From Bacteroidota bacterium (GTDB lineage: Bacteria > Bacteroidota > Bacteroidia > Flavobacteriales_D > Crocinitomicaceae), in assembly GCA_040387295.1 (NCBI GenBank), contig JAZKEB010000002.1, positions 140,802 to 204,801 of the forward strand: a stretch of 64,000 nucleotides of DNA. Reading direction: 5' to 3'. A program made the translations under genes and the position numbers. The notes under the pieces were generated by a model. It saw only the letters and a program-made list of their open reading frames with translations, was not told the origin of the DNA and ran no database searches. Positions 63,218 through 64,000 of this stretch are shown one piece after another. The number at the start of each line of letters is the position of its first letter. Within the stretch, counting starts at the first letter, position 1.

Positions 63218-64000
63218 ATGAAACACTTGTTTCTTTCGGTAAGCATCGTGCTTGCCGCCGGGTGGTCTTTTGCCCAAACCGACCCCCTCAACCTTCAAAA
63301 ATACTGGAAGCTCCGGGACAATTTCCGGGAACAGTTCGTGAAGATCGGGCCGGGCGACGGCGAGAGCATCACGGCCCGCGCGCTGAAACCGTTGGAGTGC
63401 GTCGACAACTATACTGCCGACGGCACCTCCGAAAACCACACCCCGCACGGCAACGGATCGCACGGCGAAATGCACTTCGGCGACGCGATGATCCGGCACG
63501 GGTATTATCTCGGCCTGCTGGCGACCGAATACCGTTTGCTGAAAGACGCTGGGCAGGACGTGACCGGGGTCAAAAACGAGCTTTTCTATGCGCTCAACGC
63601 CATTAACCGACTGGACTTCATCGCGGAAGAGAAACAAGGGCTTACCTATTTCACGGATTTCGACCCGTCGTTGAACGGATTCTATATGCGTGAGGACATT
63701 CCCGAGGATTTCGCCGAGGATAACTGGGGCAGCAGCAAGTTCGAGTCGCGTTGCGTGAACTCGCCGCATTACAAAACCAACAATGCAGCCCATTCCAACG
63801 AAGGCGGCCCGCATGATTTTCAGGCACACGGCAATAGCTACCAAAATTCCCCGAGCAGTGATCAGTTTTCATCCCTGATGCTCGGCTTCAGCCTCATTCA
63901 TAAACTAGTAGACCCCACAGAGTTCGTTCAACCACCGGGCAGCGAGTTCGGATTCTATCTTGTCGGCGAAACGCAAAATATAGTCCACCGCATGATGACC
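63218..64000 (+). CDS. Secreted protein of unknown function; 3' end runs off the window
   Basis: Absent from the ORF track because it has no stop in the window. Manual translation gives MKHLFLSVSIVLAAGWSFA-QTDPLNLQKYWKLR...FGDAMIRHGYYLGLLATEYRLL...NELFYALNAINRLD...NGFYMREDIP...SSDQF, open to 64000. Confidence 0.8.
   Translation, partial: MKHLFLSVSIVLAAGWSFAQTDPLNLQKYWKLRDNFREQFVKIGPGDGESITARALKPLECVDNYTADGTSENHTPHGNGSHGEMHFGDAMIRHGYYLGLLATEYRLLKDAGQDVTGVKNELFYALNAINRLDFIAEEKQGLTYFTDFDPSLNGFYMREDIPEDFAEDNWGSSKFESRCVNSPHYKTNNAAHSNEGGPHDFQAHGNSYQNSPSSDQFSSLMLGFSLIHKLVDPTEFVQPPGSEFGFYLVGETQNIVHRMMT

Noticed and set aside
63149-63844. 231-aa minus-strand ORF (and the overlapping plus-strand 63262 and 63651 ORFs)
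   Set aside because: Shadows of the GC-rich plus-strand gene from 63218, which has a proper signal peptide.
1-64000. tRNA, rRNA, integrase, transposase or RAYT genes
   Set aside because: None was recognised by eye; tRNAscan-SE, Infernal and HMM searches would be needed to exclude them fully.

Overview
A 64-kb chromosomal window from a Bacteroidota bacterium, most likely a Fluviicola/Crocinitomicaceae-like flavobacterium. This is inferred from TAnnTTTG -7 promoters, near-leaderless genes and many type IX secretion (T9SS) C-terminal domains. The first ~50 kb is mostly housekeeping and scavenging genes: a partial TIGR03862 flavoprotein, purT, a VTC/DUF4956 pair, AsmA, ChaN, LTA synthase, DAG kinase, methylmalonyl-CoA mutase subunits, ftsB, rplY, prs, msrC, polA, M1/M43/M36 secreted peptidases and a DUF4011-type SF1 helicase. 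Several families of small palindromic REP-like repeats are scattered through it, and three supply the TAG stop of the neighbouring gene. The last ~14 kb is accessory. It holds (1) an ECF sigma / anti-sigma / Spy-CpxP / YHYH cassette. It holds (2) a candidate undescribed signalling module: a small Cys-tailed protein, a 7-TM membrane protein, a 1-TM HisKA_3 kinase and a NarL/LuxR regulator, all overlap-coupled, divergent from a DUF3606 gene across phased palindromic operators. A near-identical operator/promoter geometry recurs 43 kb away at 12.6 kb. It holds (3) five tandem, centrally diversified lipoprotein paralogues with repeated promoter and 37-codon uORF spacers, ending beside a GC-rich secreted protein cut by the window edge. 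That layout resembles an effector/immunity or antigenic-variation locus. No rRNA, tRNA, CRISPR array or transposase was recognised. All family assignments come from motif recognition, not database searches.
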